This document shows positions 43,351 to 54,526 of a stretch of DNA of 64,000 nt, piece after piece. Both the position numbers and the translations under genes were made by a program. The stretch covers positions 7,502,001 to 7,566,000 of the forward strand of contig NC_047079.1 in assembly GCF_902459465.1 (NCBI RefSeq), written 5' to 3'. The notes beneath the pieces are model-generated. The model saw only the letters and a list, made by a program, of their open reading frames with translations, was not told where the DNA came from and made no database searches. Source of the DNA: Asterias rubens. Taxonomy: Eukaryota. Position 1 is the stretch's first letter. Each line of letters opens with the position of its first letter.

Positions 43351-46300
43351 TCACAGGATCAGCACCAGAGCCACAATGATGCCATAGAAAATGAGGGCTG
43401 GAAGCCACGTCTTCAAAAAACCACCAATCCTGTTGGGGAAAAAAGAAACAAATTTCTTAGTATATTAATTTTTTTTTTTTTACCCATACACCGATGTGTG
43501 TTAGCACTGTATACTCAGTACTTTCCCCGAGTCCTGTGAAAAAAAAATATCACAGGCATGTCACTCGGGTGGGATTCGAACCCACGACCCTTGCAATTCT
43601 AGAGCAGTGTCTTACCAACTAGACTACCGAGGTTGCCCGGCAGCTAGAGGCAGTTCGAATCCTATGTTTTGGCAGCGGGTACCGCAACGATAATAGTGTC
43701 CTTTCATAAAACCTTTGGTTAGTAGCCTACTGCAGCATTTGACAGTATGTAAAGTATTTTGAGAAACATTTCACTTTAAATAAATGTCGATGTGGAAAAA
43801 GAATGCTTCTCAGATTTGTGTCCTATTAGAGATTATTCTTCCTGTATGGAGTATATTCGCTCTAGATTTTCAACGATATCTCAAAAGCGTGACCAAATTT
43901 TCAGATGTTAGTTTTATTGTGTACATCTTCATTGAAAAAGGATTAGAACAACCCAATGGTTCCAAAAAACAATGGGTTAGAACAACCCAATGGTTCCAAA
44001 AAACAATGGGTTAGAACAACCCAATGGTTCCAAAAAACAATGGGTTAGAACAACCCAATGGTTCCAAAAAACAATGGGTTAGAACAACCCAATGGTTCAA
44101 AAAAACAATGTGTTAGAACAACCCAATGGTTCCAAAAAACAATGGGTTAGAACAACCCAATGGTTCCAAAAAACAATGGGTTACTTTGCATTTAAATAAC
44201 ATGCATAAAACTTGAAAGAACATTTAGCAATCTTTGTTATTGGTTAACTTCAGCACTGGTCAAGAGCTTAAAGTGACATACTCACCCAGTGTGCCGACCA
44301 AATATCAACATGAGGAAGCAGAGTTTGATCATATTCCAGCTTTGACCTTTGTACTGCATCAAGTTGAGCGCCATGGCGACGTGTGAGTGACAGTTATCAC
44401 AACAAAGATTGTGCTGTAAAAAAACAAAACAAAAAACAGAAATCCATTATGATACAAGGCATGCAATTTTTCACTTGTAAGTTTGAAACCTCCAAATATA
44501 AGATCAGTCTTCCGTAAAATCTTGATGTCAATTGTCTGTTTTAATCTGTCCTCATTCACAACAAACTGGCATGTTTGCTTCTACAGTAGTATGCACATAT
44601 GCATGTAGGTTCTTCCTTTCCCCTGATCAACTCAATTTCTGAAATCTATTTCACCCAAACTTATTTTATGGGTTTGAAGATCAAAAATCCTGAAAATTTG
44701 CTAACAACATGTTCTTGGTCTGGAGATGAAGCTCACTCAAGAAATAGAATGTTAGGCCCTATATTTCAGAGGTTTATAGACTCTTTACGAGACCACCAAA
44801 AGAAATTGATTGCTTTGATCACAACTAAAGCTGAGACGTTCTTCTTTTGCTTTGATCACAACCAAAGCTGAGACGTTCTTCTTTTGTGATTGATGGCGAG
44901 TTCATCTCTTTCAAGAAAATCTAAAGGTCTAGTCAGGTCAATTGTAACATCCAGAGAAATCACAGGCCTTAATTTTGAAAAAAAAAAATATAAATCTGCA
45001 AATATTACCATTCTATTTTTATACTCTTCAGACGCCTCCGAAACGCTGACATCCCAGGAGTTTGGTCGAGCTTGGCTCTGGTCCAACATCCAGTACTTTG
45101 TAGGTTTGCCGAATCCCATATCATCTTCCTGTAACAAAGAAATATATCACTGTGCTCAAGACAAACCTTAGAATTGACATAATTATATGTTTACTTACAA
45201 ATCAAAGATCATGTGGTTCATATTTGTATTCCATGCGGCCTCTATCTAACCCAGTGAAAGTTTTCCCTTGTTTTATGGCATATGCAACAAAAACGTCAGT
45301 CCATTTTAAAGCAGGGTAAATTTTGGTAATAGACCTTTATGCACATGACGTCATTTCAGTACGGCGCCCTCGCCTTGAGGTCAAAAGGAGGTTGTTCATT
45401 GGCCAATCTATGTGTGTTTCGATTGTTTCGTCACCGTTTTACCTCAAAGATGGCGGCTGGATGACGTCAATGCATAAGGTCTATTACTCCAAACAAATTA
45501 TCGCCATGAAAACATAGTTGGAGAGAAGCACTGCAGCTGTTGATAATGTATCAAATTTAATGAGAAATGATTCCCTTCTGAGAAAATGTGGTCTTTAAGA
45601 GAGGGTTTCCAATCTGGGAAACGTGTTGGGCTCTTTATTTAGCTGTTAAGTTATGCCGACTTACCGAGACATAGTAAGGTGCAGCAAAATCCCGGATGAC
45701 TCCAGATGACATTGCGATACCCATATGACCAATGAAAGGAAATAGCCAGCTGAAAATAAAGGTGGATTATTAATAGACTTTAACAAAAATATAATTTTGA
45801 ACAGATAAAAAAATGGAATCAAAAGCATTCCATTTGTAGTTTTAACATTTAATATATTAATTTAAATACAACACAACACAACAATCAATTAATTACATTT
45901 TAGGAGATATACTGCTGTACGCAAGGAATACACACCAATACTAAACAAAATAACACAATAATATGGTGATATGACGCCATGAAAAACAACACAGGTTTTG
46001 TAAGAATAGTTGGTTCATTTTGAGCCACCAGATGATACAAAACTGAATTGTTTAGGCAATGGCATTTTTGCATGATTGAATAACATTTCTAGAAATTCTA
46101 ACTTTTTAAAAGTTTACTCACGTTAAAAATGGAATTGGCGTCCAAACGACACAGTGCGGATACCTGACCCGCTTATGGTCAACGGGCTGGGTCTCATGCA
46201 TGCTGATCTTGGAATCTCGAGCCATATTGGCTCCGTTTTCTCCTGAAGTCGGGGGACTAAAGTTGACTTCTTGATGATCCATCAGCCGTAATGTTGACAT
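43351..46300 (-). CDS. TMEM222: Transmembrane protein 222, 5 exons, 196 aa
   Basis: Exons 46300-46122, 45749-45665, 45128-45009, 44413-44286, 43429-43351; 591 nt. Motifs [67 protein letters not shown] and FLKTWLP. Confidence 0.95.
43470..43696 (-). mobile_element. tRNA-containing SINE-like repeat with poly(A) tail
   Basis: Minus strand has a conserved leader, a tRNA-like fold (tagtctagttggtaagac...gtgggttcgaatcccac), a body and an A-tail. Copies at about 11520-11820, 12330-12570, 20010-20115 and 61400-61610. Confidence 0.8.
43943..44180. repeat. 34-bp minisatellite, 7 copies, in the last TMEM222 intron
   Basis: Unit ttagaacaacccaatggttccaaaaaacaatggg, nearly identical copies with no spacers. 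Confidence 0.95.
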
Positions 46301-47373
46301 CTTTTTCGACGTAACTTTTATTTTATAAAAAGTATGCTGGTAATCACTTGAATCATTCGTTGAAATTACATTATATAAGCCGAGTACCAGTGATATGATT
46401 GTTTGTCTTAGTGCTGAACGTCATTACACTTAGATTAAATGTAACTTTGTTTAGGGTACCTGACTTTTCTAATCCAGAGCTTTTGCGATTGCGGATGCTG
46501 AATGGACCAAACTACCAACTGGCGTAACTTTTCTTAATTTTATGGTAACTATTCGTAAAACTTGTATTTGTAATTGTAACATAGTGTTCATAGTGCCTCA
46601 TACATCAAGTGTAGTACTAAGCTAGGTAATTTTCTTATGCAGTGTTGGGGAATACAGATCTTGATTGCTATTATTTGACTCGATCAGGGAGGAGGGGGCG
46701 GTGTCTGGTGGGGGAGGGGGGATGTGGGTCATGGATGAGGGATGATGCTGGTGGTTGTCAGTCGCACATCAACAATTAAAGAGGTTGAATAGCGGTTAGT
46801 CTCAGTGGAATCAGCAGCGGGAGGATGGGGGTTATCTGCATTTATTCTGTTAACTATTCTAATAATAATATAGCCAATAAATAATACTTGTGTAGGCCTA
46901 GTTCAAGTTGTGATAACGTAACCCTCCTCCCGACGGCGAATAGTATGGGTTACGTTATCGCAACTTATACTAGTACTAGTAGTAGTACTCGTACTATGTG
47001 TAGACTTATTATGTCCTCTATTTATGTCTATGACGATAGCAAAACAAACCTCACCTAACTAGACTAGTCTAGAGTAGGAGTATCTGCATACAGCAACATT
47101 GCGGCTAGTTTTGGTGAAGTGGTGTAACGTCAAAATTGTGACGCTCTGGCGAGGGTGTGAGAGCGTTACAATTATCGTAACTACGTAAAAGTATGACAAT
47201 TGAGAAGTGGCGTACATTTTTGTGTTGCAACTAGCTAGGTTGATATTTACCCCTTTAATTCGCTTATTTAAATATGTTTTTTCTCCCACACAGGTTCACA
47301 TTATTTGGCAAAGACTGCTGGGTGTGGGACGATTAATTTGATTTCTTGGCAGTAAAATCTTACCAACAAACAA

Positions 47374-47485
47374 ATAGCATGGAGACCATACCTGATGTCG
47401 ACCAGGCAAAGGTTAGTAGAATCTAATTCATAGCATGGAGACAATACCTGATGTCGACCAGGCAAAGGTTAGTAGAATCTAATTC
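47374..47485 (+). repeat. 56-bp tandem duplication containing the PEX14 start-codon exon and its donor
   Basis: atagcATGgagac(c/a)atacctgatgtcgaccaggcaaag|GTtagtagaatctaattc, two copies with one mismatch. Confidence 0.95.
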
Positions 47486-50400
47486 AAGAGAAACACTTTG
47501 TCTTCTTTAGTATTTTATTTTGGCAACTCTCCTTTTTTTCCGCTCAGAATAAATAAATAAAAAAACAACGAATGTAGCATGCTGCTTACAATTCTTTGAT
47601 CAACTTAAAGTCCAAACTTTTGAGTTGTTTCAGAGCCATATTTTCCACATGGCTGATGCTTGAAAGGGCTAGGGCACTAAATAAAGCAATGTCTCTTTTT
47701 CTAAAGGGCACCTATTTATGGGGAATTGTAAACTTCTCTTTTAATATGTTGAGGGGCACTAAGGCATTGACAAGGGACATTGAGGCAATTGCCCCTGTTG
47801 CCTCCATGAGGCATCAGACCTGTTGCCTCCATGAGGCATCAGACCTGTTGCCTAAAACGACAAGGGACATTGAGGCAATTGCCCCTGTTGCCTCCATGAG
47901 GCATCAGACCTGTTGCCTAAAACGACAAGGGACATTGAGGCAATTGCCCCTGTTGCCTCCATGAGGCATCAGACCTGTTGCCTAAAACGACAAGGGACAT
48001 TGAGGCAATTGCCCCAGTTGCCTCCATGAGGCATCAGACCTGTTGCCTCCATGAGGCATCAGACCTGTTGCCTAAAACGACAAGGGACATTGGGGCAATT
48101 GCCCCTGTTGCCTCCATGAGGCATCAGACCTGTTGCCTAAAACGACAAGGGACATTGAGGCAATTGCCCCAGTTGCCTCCATGAGGCATCAGACCTGTTG
48201 CCTCCATGAGGCATCAGACCTGTTGCCTCCATGAGGCATCAGACCTGTTGCCTAAAACGACAAGGGACATTGAGGCAATTGCCCCTGTTGCCTCCATGAG
48301 GCATCAGACCTGTTGCCTCCATGAGGCATCAGACCTGTTGCCTCCATGAGGCATCAGACCTGTTGCCTAAAACGACAAGGGACATTGAGGCAATTGCCCC
48401 TGTTGCCTCCATGAGGCATCAGACCTGTTGCCTCCATGAGGCATCAGACCTGTTGCCTAAATGAAATTTCAAATTCACTTCTGAATTGTTGGACGTTTGT
48501 AGTTGTTTATGTGTATTGGTACTTAAGATTAAGATTTGCTAATCGCAGACTGGGGTAAATGTTGAAGCTCCAAGTTCAATGTATTTGATTTGTTTTGTTC
48601 TCCACAGCCTGATGCCGTTGCTCAAAGTCCCAGTGTTACCGCAGCACCAAGAGAAAATATGGTAAATATACTTTTAAGTACAGTGAAAATGAACTTTTAA
48701 CTAAACCCCAAAACAAATTTTCTTTTTCTTATCTTGCCTCCTTCACATAGATTGAGACTGCACTGCGCTTCTTGAAGAATCCTCAGGTCCGTTCTAGTCC
48801 TCTGGCTCAGAAGAAAGTCTTCCTACAGAAAAAGGGTAAGAATTTATGTACAGGTACTCTTTTATCCTGAGGCCACATGTTCAGGTCCCGCTCTAGTCAA
48901 TTTTGTCTTTGTTCAACCCAAATGATTTAATATGCAGTCTAATATGTACCCAGTTAGTTTTCCTTGTGATTTATTGTATGTATGTTGAATTTTTGTATAT
49001 TGTTTATAAAAATGTTATTTAAAACCTCTATCAATACAATTCATAGGTTTGACTGCACAAGAGATTGAGATAGCAGTAGAGCGGTCTGGCACCCAGCAGG
49101 ATGTAGTGGCTCCTGTACAGACACCAACAAACCAGGCTATGGTCCCTGCTCAAGGAAACCCAATGCAGCAACAAATGGGTGAGTTAGCTGTCATGTCTGC
49201 TTGATATTGAGTTGGTGTATAATTCAAAAAGAGAAAATAAAGAGTAATCTCAACATGTTGGTGCTGAGTGACCATAGAGTGGAGGATAGTGGTGGATTGA
49301 GGACTGTAGGCCCAACTAACAATTGCTTATCAGCGGGTCAGGCATACCAATCTTACCCAAGTCCAAACATTTTGGTGCTGAGTGACCATAGAGTGGAGGA
49401 TAGTGGTGGATTGAGGACTGTTGGCCCAACTAACAATCGCTTATCAGCGGGTCAGGCATACCAATCTTACCCAAGTCCAAACATTTTGGTGCTGAGTGAC
49501 CATAGAGTGGAGGATAGTGGTGGATTGAGGACTGTAGGCCCAACTAACAATTGCTTATCAGCGGGTCAGGCATACCAATCTTACCCAAGTCCAAACATGT
49601 TGGTGCTGAGTGACCATAGAGTGGAGGATAGTGGTGGATTGAGGACTGTTGGCCCAACTAACAATCGCTTATCAGCGGGTCAGGCATACCAATCTTACCC
49701 AAGTCCAAACATGTTGGTGCTGAGTGACCATAGAGTGGAGGATAGTGGTGGATTGAGGACTGTATGCCTAACTAACAATTGCTTATCAGCGGGTCAGGCA
49801 TACCAATCTTACCCAAGTCCAAACATTTTGGTGCTGAGTGACCATAGAGTGGAGGATAGTGGTGGATTGAGGATTGTACATGTATGCCCAACTAACAATT
49901 ACTTATCATTGGGCCAGGCATACCAATCTTTACCCAAGTCCAAACATGTTGGTGTTGAGTGACCAAGAGTGGAGGATACAGATGGTTGTGGTCACATCGT
50001 TGGCGTCTCTGGAATTCCTTGCAAGACGAGTTGAGGGACACACCTGTTCTGTCAACATTCAAATGCAACCTTAAGACCCTGTCGTTCAGTCATCCACAGG
50101 GACTTGCTAGCAATCTGCACCTTTGAAGGGTCTTCAGATACTGTGCACCTTATAAATGTGGTGTTATTATTATTTTTATTACCTGTGGCAAGTGGGCTAA
50201 GGTGGTATGTGTTTGAAAGGCTTAGAATGTCTGTATTTTTATAAACCACTGTATACTTTAAACTTTAAACTATATACTTTAAACAGTCCCTTATGGTCAG
50301 CCTGTGCCATCTCAAGTAACGAGATGGCGTGACTACATGGCCATTGCTGTAATCGTTGGTGGGGTGAGCTTTGGGATCTACAAATTAATATCGGTAAGCA

Positions 50401-52111
50401 CAACTTGAAAAATTTAAAAGAGTGCAAAATAAATAAACAGCAAAAAACCTAAAACAACAACAAAACAAGCAAACAGCAACCACTTTTACAAATGTTAAAG
50501 TGAAACTGCCAACATCGGTAGCTCAGTTGGTAGAGCGCCAGCACGTTAATTTGGAGGTTGTTATTTCAAGTTTTCTTTGTTCAACCAAAAAAGTTGTACT
50601 TTTCACAAAATACTTACTCATTGAGAGAATATTTGCATAGAATTTTCACAATCTTTAGTTTAGCTAATACAATACAATATTTTATTTTTAATGGTCTTCA
50701 TTCCATGTAGAATTTCCTGATGCCGTACATCAAGGGTCGACAGGAGGAACGAGAGAGATTAGAAAGACTTGAAGCTTCTATACAAGAACTGAATAAAAAC
50801 GTTGCGCACACGGGTATGTACAAAGCACCCCCTCTCTCTGGTCTCACTGTCGCATTGAACAACTCTGAATAAGCTTTTTGCCATTTTTTATTTTTTTAAT
50901 GTCTGGTTCTTTAACCTGTCTAGTCACAAGTGCACACTTAGTATTGGTTTTCTCGATCCGAAGACCCTTGACTTAAGGAGATTAGTTTTACTTCTGCATT
51001 TAATGAAAGCTATTCAAACTTCACACGAATTGTAAATAGCAAAGTTCATTTCTTAGTGCCACAATTTGAAAACAGCACATTAAATATTGTTACACATCGC
51101 AAAACTTTCTCATGAAGCATAAACTGGGTTAAACAGTTATATGTATTTTTTATTAATTCCTTGCAGTTCAAGAAGTAGAAAAAGCGACCAAATCAATCCA
51201 AGTTCTCCTTGAGTTACAGCAATCTAAACTGGATAACCTGACGACCAACATTGCGGCAAGTAAATCTGTTTCATCAAATAACAAGAGTACTGATGTAGCA
51301 GATCTCAAAGCAGAAATCACTTCACTAAAAGGACTCCTTCTTAATAGGTGATTACCCATACTTACTTTGTTTTCTAATCAAGTATTACAAGTAATAAACC
51401 ACAATGGAAACTGTAAGTAAATGTAGATGACAATAAAACTAACGTTTTTTAAATATCACAGAAAACCCAGAATATGTCCATGCAGGAATACAATAGAAAT
51501 ACACAATCTGAAAAACATAACTGACAGTAACGCTTCCCAGGTTCAAAGTTGGTGTTTACAAACTGATGTCTTTTTACATAACCACATTAAAGTAGTTCGA
51601 AGTGAAATGTTTCTTAAAATGTTTTATACGTTCCAAAGCTGCTGTAGGCTTCCTACCAAGAGTTTGATTGCTGAAAATTGTGATAACCAAACGTATACCT
51701 TCCTTATAGGTTTACAAAATCCTTTAAATGATTATCTCTTTTCTTTGTTTTAGGCATCAGTTTCCAGCAACGCCTCAGCCGGCCCCCATTCCAGCCTGGC
51801 AACGTCCAGCTAGTAGCTCATTGGTCAGTACAACTCCAGTCAAACCCAGCATAAACCAATCACAAGCTTCTACCACTCAACTCGGCCCAGAAACCAAATC
51901 CATAGCAACCGACTCCCAGAATGCCGCAGCGATAGAGGGTGTGGCTAATGGAGGCCTTGGAGATGTCAATCACAGTGATGGACTTGTCAATGGTGGCACA
52001 AATGGGCAGGGCGACTATCAAGTGGAAACAACAGCTGATATTAACATTGATACAAATGCCTTGGCTGGAGACAGTAATGTCAATCAAACTGAAGTTGCTG
52101 TGGCAACATGA
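47379..52111 (+). CDS. PEX14: Peroxisomal membrane protein PEX14, 8 coding exons, 350 aa
   Basis: Exons 47379-47411 (or duplicate 47435-47467), 48608-48661, 48751-48835, 49047-49178, 50287-50393, 50711-50813, 51167-51347, 51754-52111; 1053 nt. Contains the Pex14 N-domain RENMIETALRFLKNPQVRSSPLAQKKVFLQKKGLTAQEI, TM segment RWRDYMAIAVIVGGVSFGIY, a coiled coil and DLKAEITSLKGLLLNRHQFP. The first-exon assignment is inferred from phase and position. Confidence 0.93.
47770..48460. repeat. Compound minisatellite of 36/25/29-bp units in PEX14 intron 1
   Basis: X=acaagggacattgaggcaattgcccctgttgcctcc, Y=atgaggcatcagacctgttgcctcc, Z=atgaggcatcagacctgttgcctaaaacg. Order XYZ XZ XZ XYZ XZ XYYZ XYYZ XYZ'. 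Confidence 0.95.
49252..49965. repeat. 114-bp tandem repeat, about 6 copies, in PEX14 intron 4
   Basis: Units start at 49252, 49366, 49480, 49594, 49708 and 49822. They account for the 253-aa repetitive ORF at 49201-49962. Confidence 0.95.
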
Positions 52112-52407
52112 ATATTCAACAAATAAATAAGGAGGAGCTAATAGAAAGTTGGACATTGCTAGATTGGACATATGAATAAACATTGTCAGATGAATCAAGT
52201 GAAGGTGTAACATTAATAGATGTACTAATCTTTGGGATAATTTATAACATAGTTTTGTTTACTATATGGTAAGCATTGTGTACTCGGTGCTTGTTGTAGT
52301 CCTATGGAAGAAAGGAGCAATTACAGGCATACTACTTGGGATAGATTCTAACCCAAGACCCCAGCATTAGAGCATAATATCTGTGGATCTTGGATCGTGA
52401 ATATAAT

Positions 52408-52660
52408 GGGTGCATTCAATTAGCTTCCCTGGGTCTACCCCGCGGTGCTCACTCGGGTGAGCCCCTGACAAGAGCTAAACAAACGATCGCTCACCGCTCT
52501 CGTAGTGACGTCATGCACCTGGGGCCAGCCCCCAAGTGACCCACTCCACAAGCAGGGCACTATTGGCTGACCCGGGTGAGCCCCTAGAATGACGTCAAAG
52601 CTATTCGAACGCACCAGGGGCAGACGGGGTTCGACCCAGGGAAGCTAAAGGAACGCACCC
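52408..52660. mobile_element. MITE with GGGTGCGTTC-type TIRs
   Basis: gggtgcattcaattagcttccctgggtc / gacccagggaagctaaaggaacgcaccc. Confidence 0.8.
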
Positions 52661-54526
52661 TCAATAAAGAGGAGGAGACTGATAGGGATATCAGTCAAAA
52701 GCCATTAATTAAAAGTTAATAACTTGCTGTTAAACTGCCCACATCGTCAAGAAAAAGGCCTGATTTTACCCTTCCCCCTTACAACTTGAGCGTGGTATAC
52801 CATAACGATTTAAACTACCCTTTTGTCGGGGGTGGGGGGGGGGTAACTTTGGTAGTTTTTTTCCTATTGAAAATCATTTTTTTTTTTTTTTAATAAGGTT
52901 TACTGAAGGAATAACTTATACTGTGCCTCCTAATACACAACCAAGATCCCTAGGATGAAATCACTTATGATTAAGTTATGATTCTTATATTTGTATTGCA
53001 ATAAATTTCATGATAATGAATAAAAACGTGACAAGTAAAATTATAAGAGTTGTCAACCAAATTTACTTTGAAGTGGAGCAGGTTTGTAAAGTTAAGAATT
53101 AAACGTGGATCGATTTCGGAAAAGAACAGAACAAAGTTTTCTGCCGGGCATGTTTCTTTTTCATCAGTTTGAATTTTAATAACGATCTTTTCAGATGCAA
53201 AAAAAAAACATTCTATAAGTCGCTGTTAATAACTATTTAATTTCGCTTATCTTGGAGAAAAAAAGTTTCCCCGATCGATTGTCTTTTCGGGGCATCCGTA
53301 CACAAGATTTTGGACAGCGCCACCTAGCAAACACCCCGACGTCACATCGGTACTTTAATAGGCATTTTCTGAAAATACGTACAGGCACCAGTCTGGCAAT
53401 GGCGCCTTGTATGAAAAACGGTGGATCGATGGATTGTGATCGTAAGTTTTTGATTTTCTGTCTGTGTTTTGATAAAATTAATCCAGTATTTGCCATGTTT
53501 CAGTTAGGGACTGGGGCATGAGATGTGTTTGTTTTTACCCATCATCAAACCGAATGACAGCCGCAAAAGTTGGTAGATAGGAGCGCGAGTAGGACTTCTT
53601 TTCCACAGTCCAGTGACGTGTGTTATTTTACTAATAATAACGCCATGGCCATGGCCATGGGGCGGGTGTAACAACACGCCTCAACTCAAGTCACTGTCTC
53701 AGTGTCTGTCTGATCATGGAGGTTACCTCCATGGTCTGATGATCTGAGAATGAGATCAGTAGATGTGCCATGGATAGGGTGGGGTTTCAAGAGTGACTAA
53801 GACTGGTTATACAGTGCAGTGGTTGGGAGTTCAGTGTGTGTGTTGGGGGGGGGGGGGGGGGGGTGGGGTTGTTTTCCATGTACTTGTTTTATTGTGTAAA
53901 AGAATGAGGAAAATTTACGTTATTTTTATGCTGCCACCACTTTTTCATTCAGTACTTATAAAATAGTATCTAATTTACCTAAATGAGAAACTCCTTTTTG
54001 TAAAAATTTGTGAAAAAGTGATGGCAGGATTTAGGGAAAGTTTTCCCATGAAATACGCTTGATGATGTATTGTAAGCACAGAATTCCCTGCTTCCGCAAG
54101 CGTTGATTCATTGCTTACGGTAAACAGAATTATGAAGCTGGGTTAAAAATTAATGGATGTTATAATTTTATTATATTTTATTCAACATCCAACAGTGCAA
54201 GCGTCAACTACATGACGGATACAAATATTAACATTAAACATTATAAAAACAGTAAAATGTTGACCTTATACTTAGTATTTAGTGTATGTGAGGTCCATTC
54301 CACTATCATGGAGACGATGGTCTCTAACGGAACAAAGAACCTCATGGAATAAATATCGCCAGTGTCTCATATTCTTCTTGAGGTTTGAGTTTTGTTGTAT
54401 TTTATATTTATAAAGACTAAAGGCAGTGGATATTTTGACTGTGACACCAACTCTTGTTAACTTGTTTTTGTTTTTCTCATTTTCAGTGAACCAAAGTTAA
54501 TAAGGCATTTTGACGATCAAACAAAC

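Noticed and set aside
43562-43635. Apparent tRNA gene (minus strand, AGA anticodon loop)
   Set aside because: Mismatched acceptor and anticodon stems, a short variable arm unlike tRNA-Ser, and it is embedded in a repeat with a poly(A) tail present about five times in the window, so it is a SINE.
43943-44180. CRISPR-like array
   Set aside because: Repeats are head-to-tail with no unique spacers, in a eukaryotic intron, with no cas genes.
49201-49962. 253-aa ORF as an independent protein gene
   Set aside because: Entirely explained by the 114-bp tandem repeat inside PEX14 intron 4; it starts at a non-ATG codon and has no supporting splice or promoter signals.
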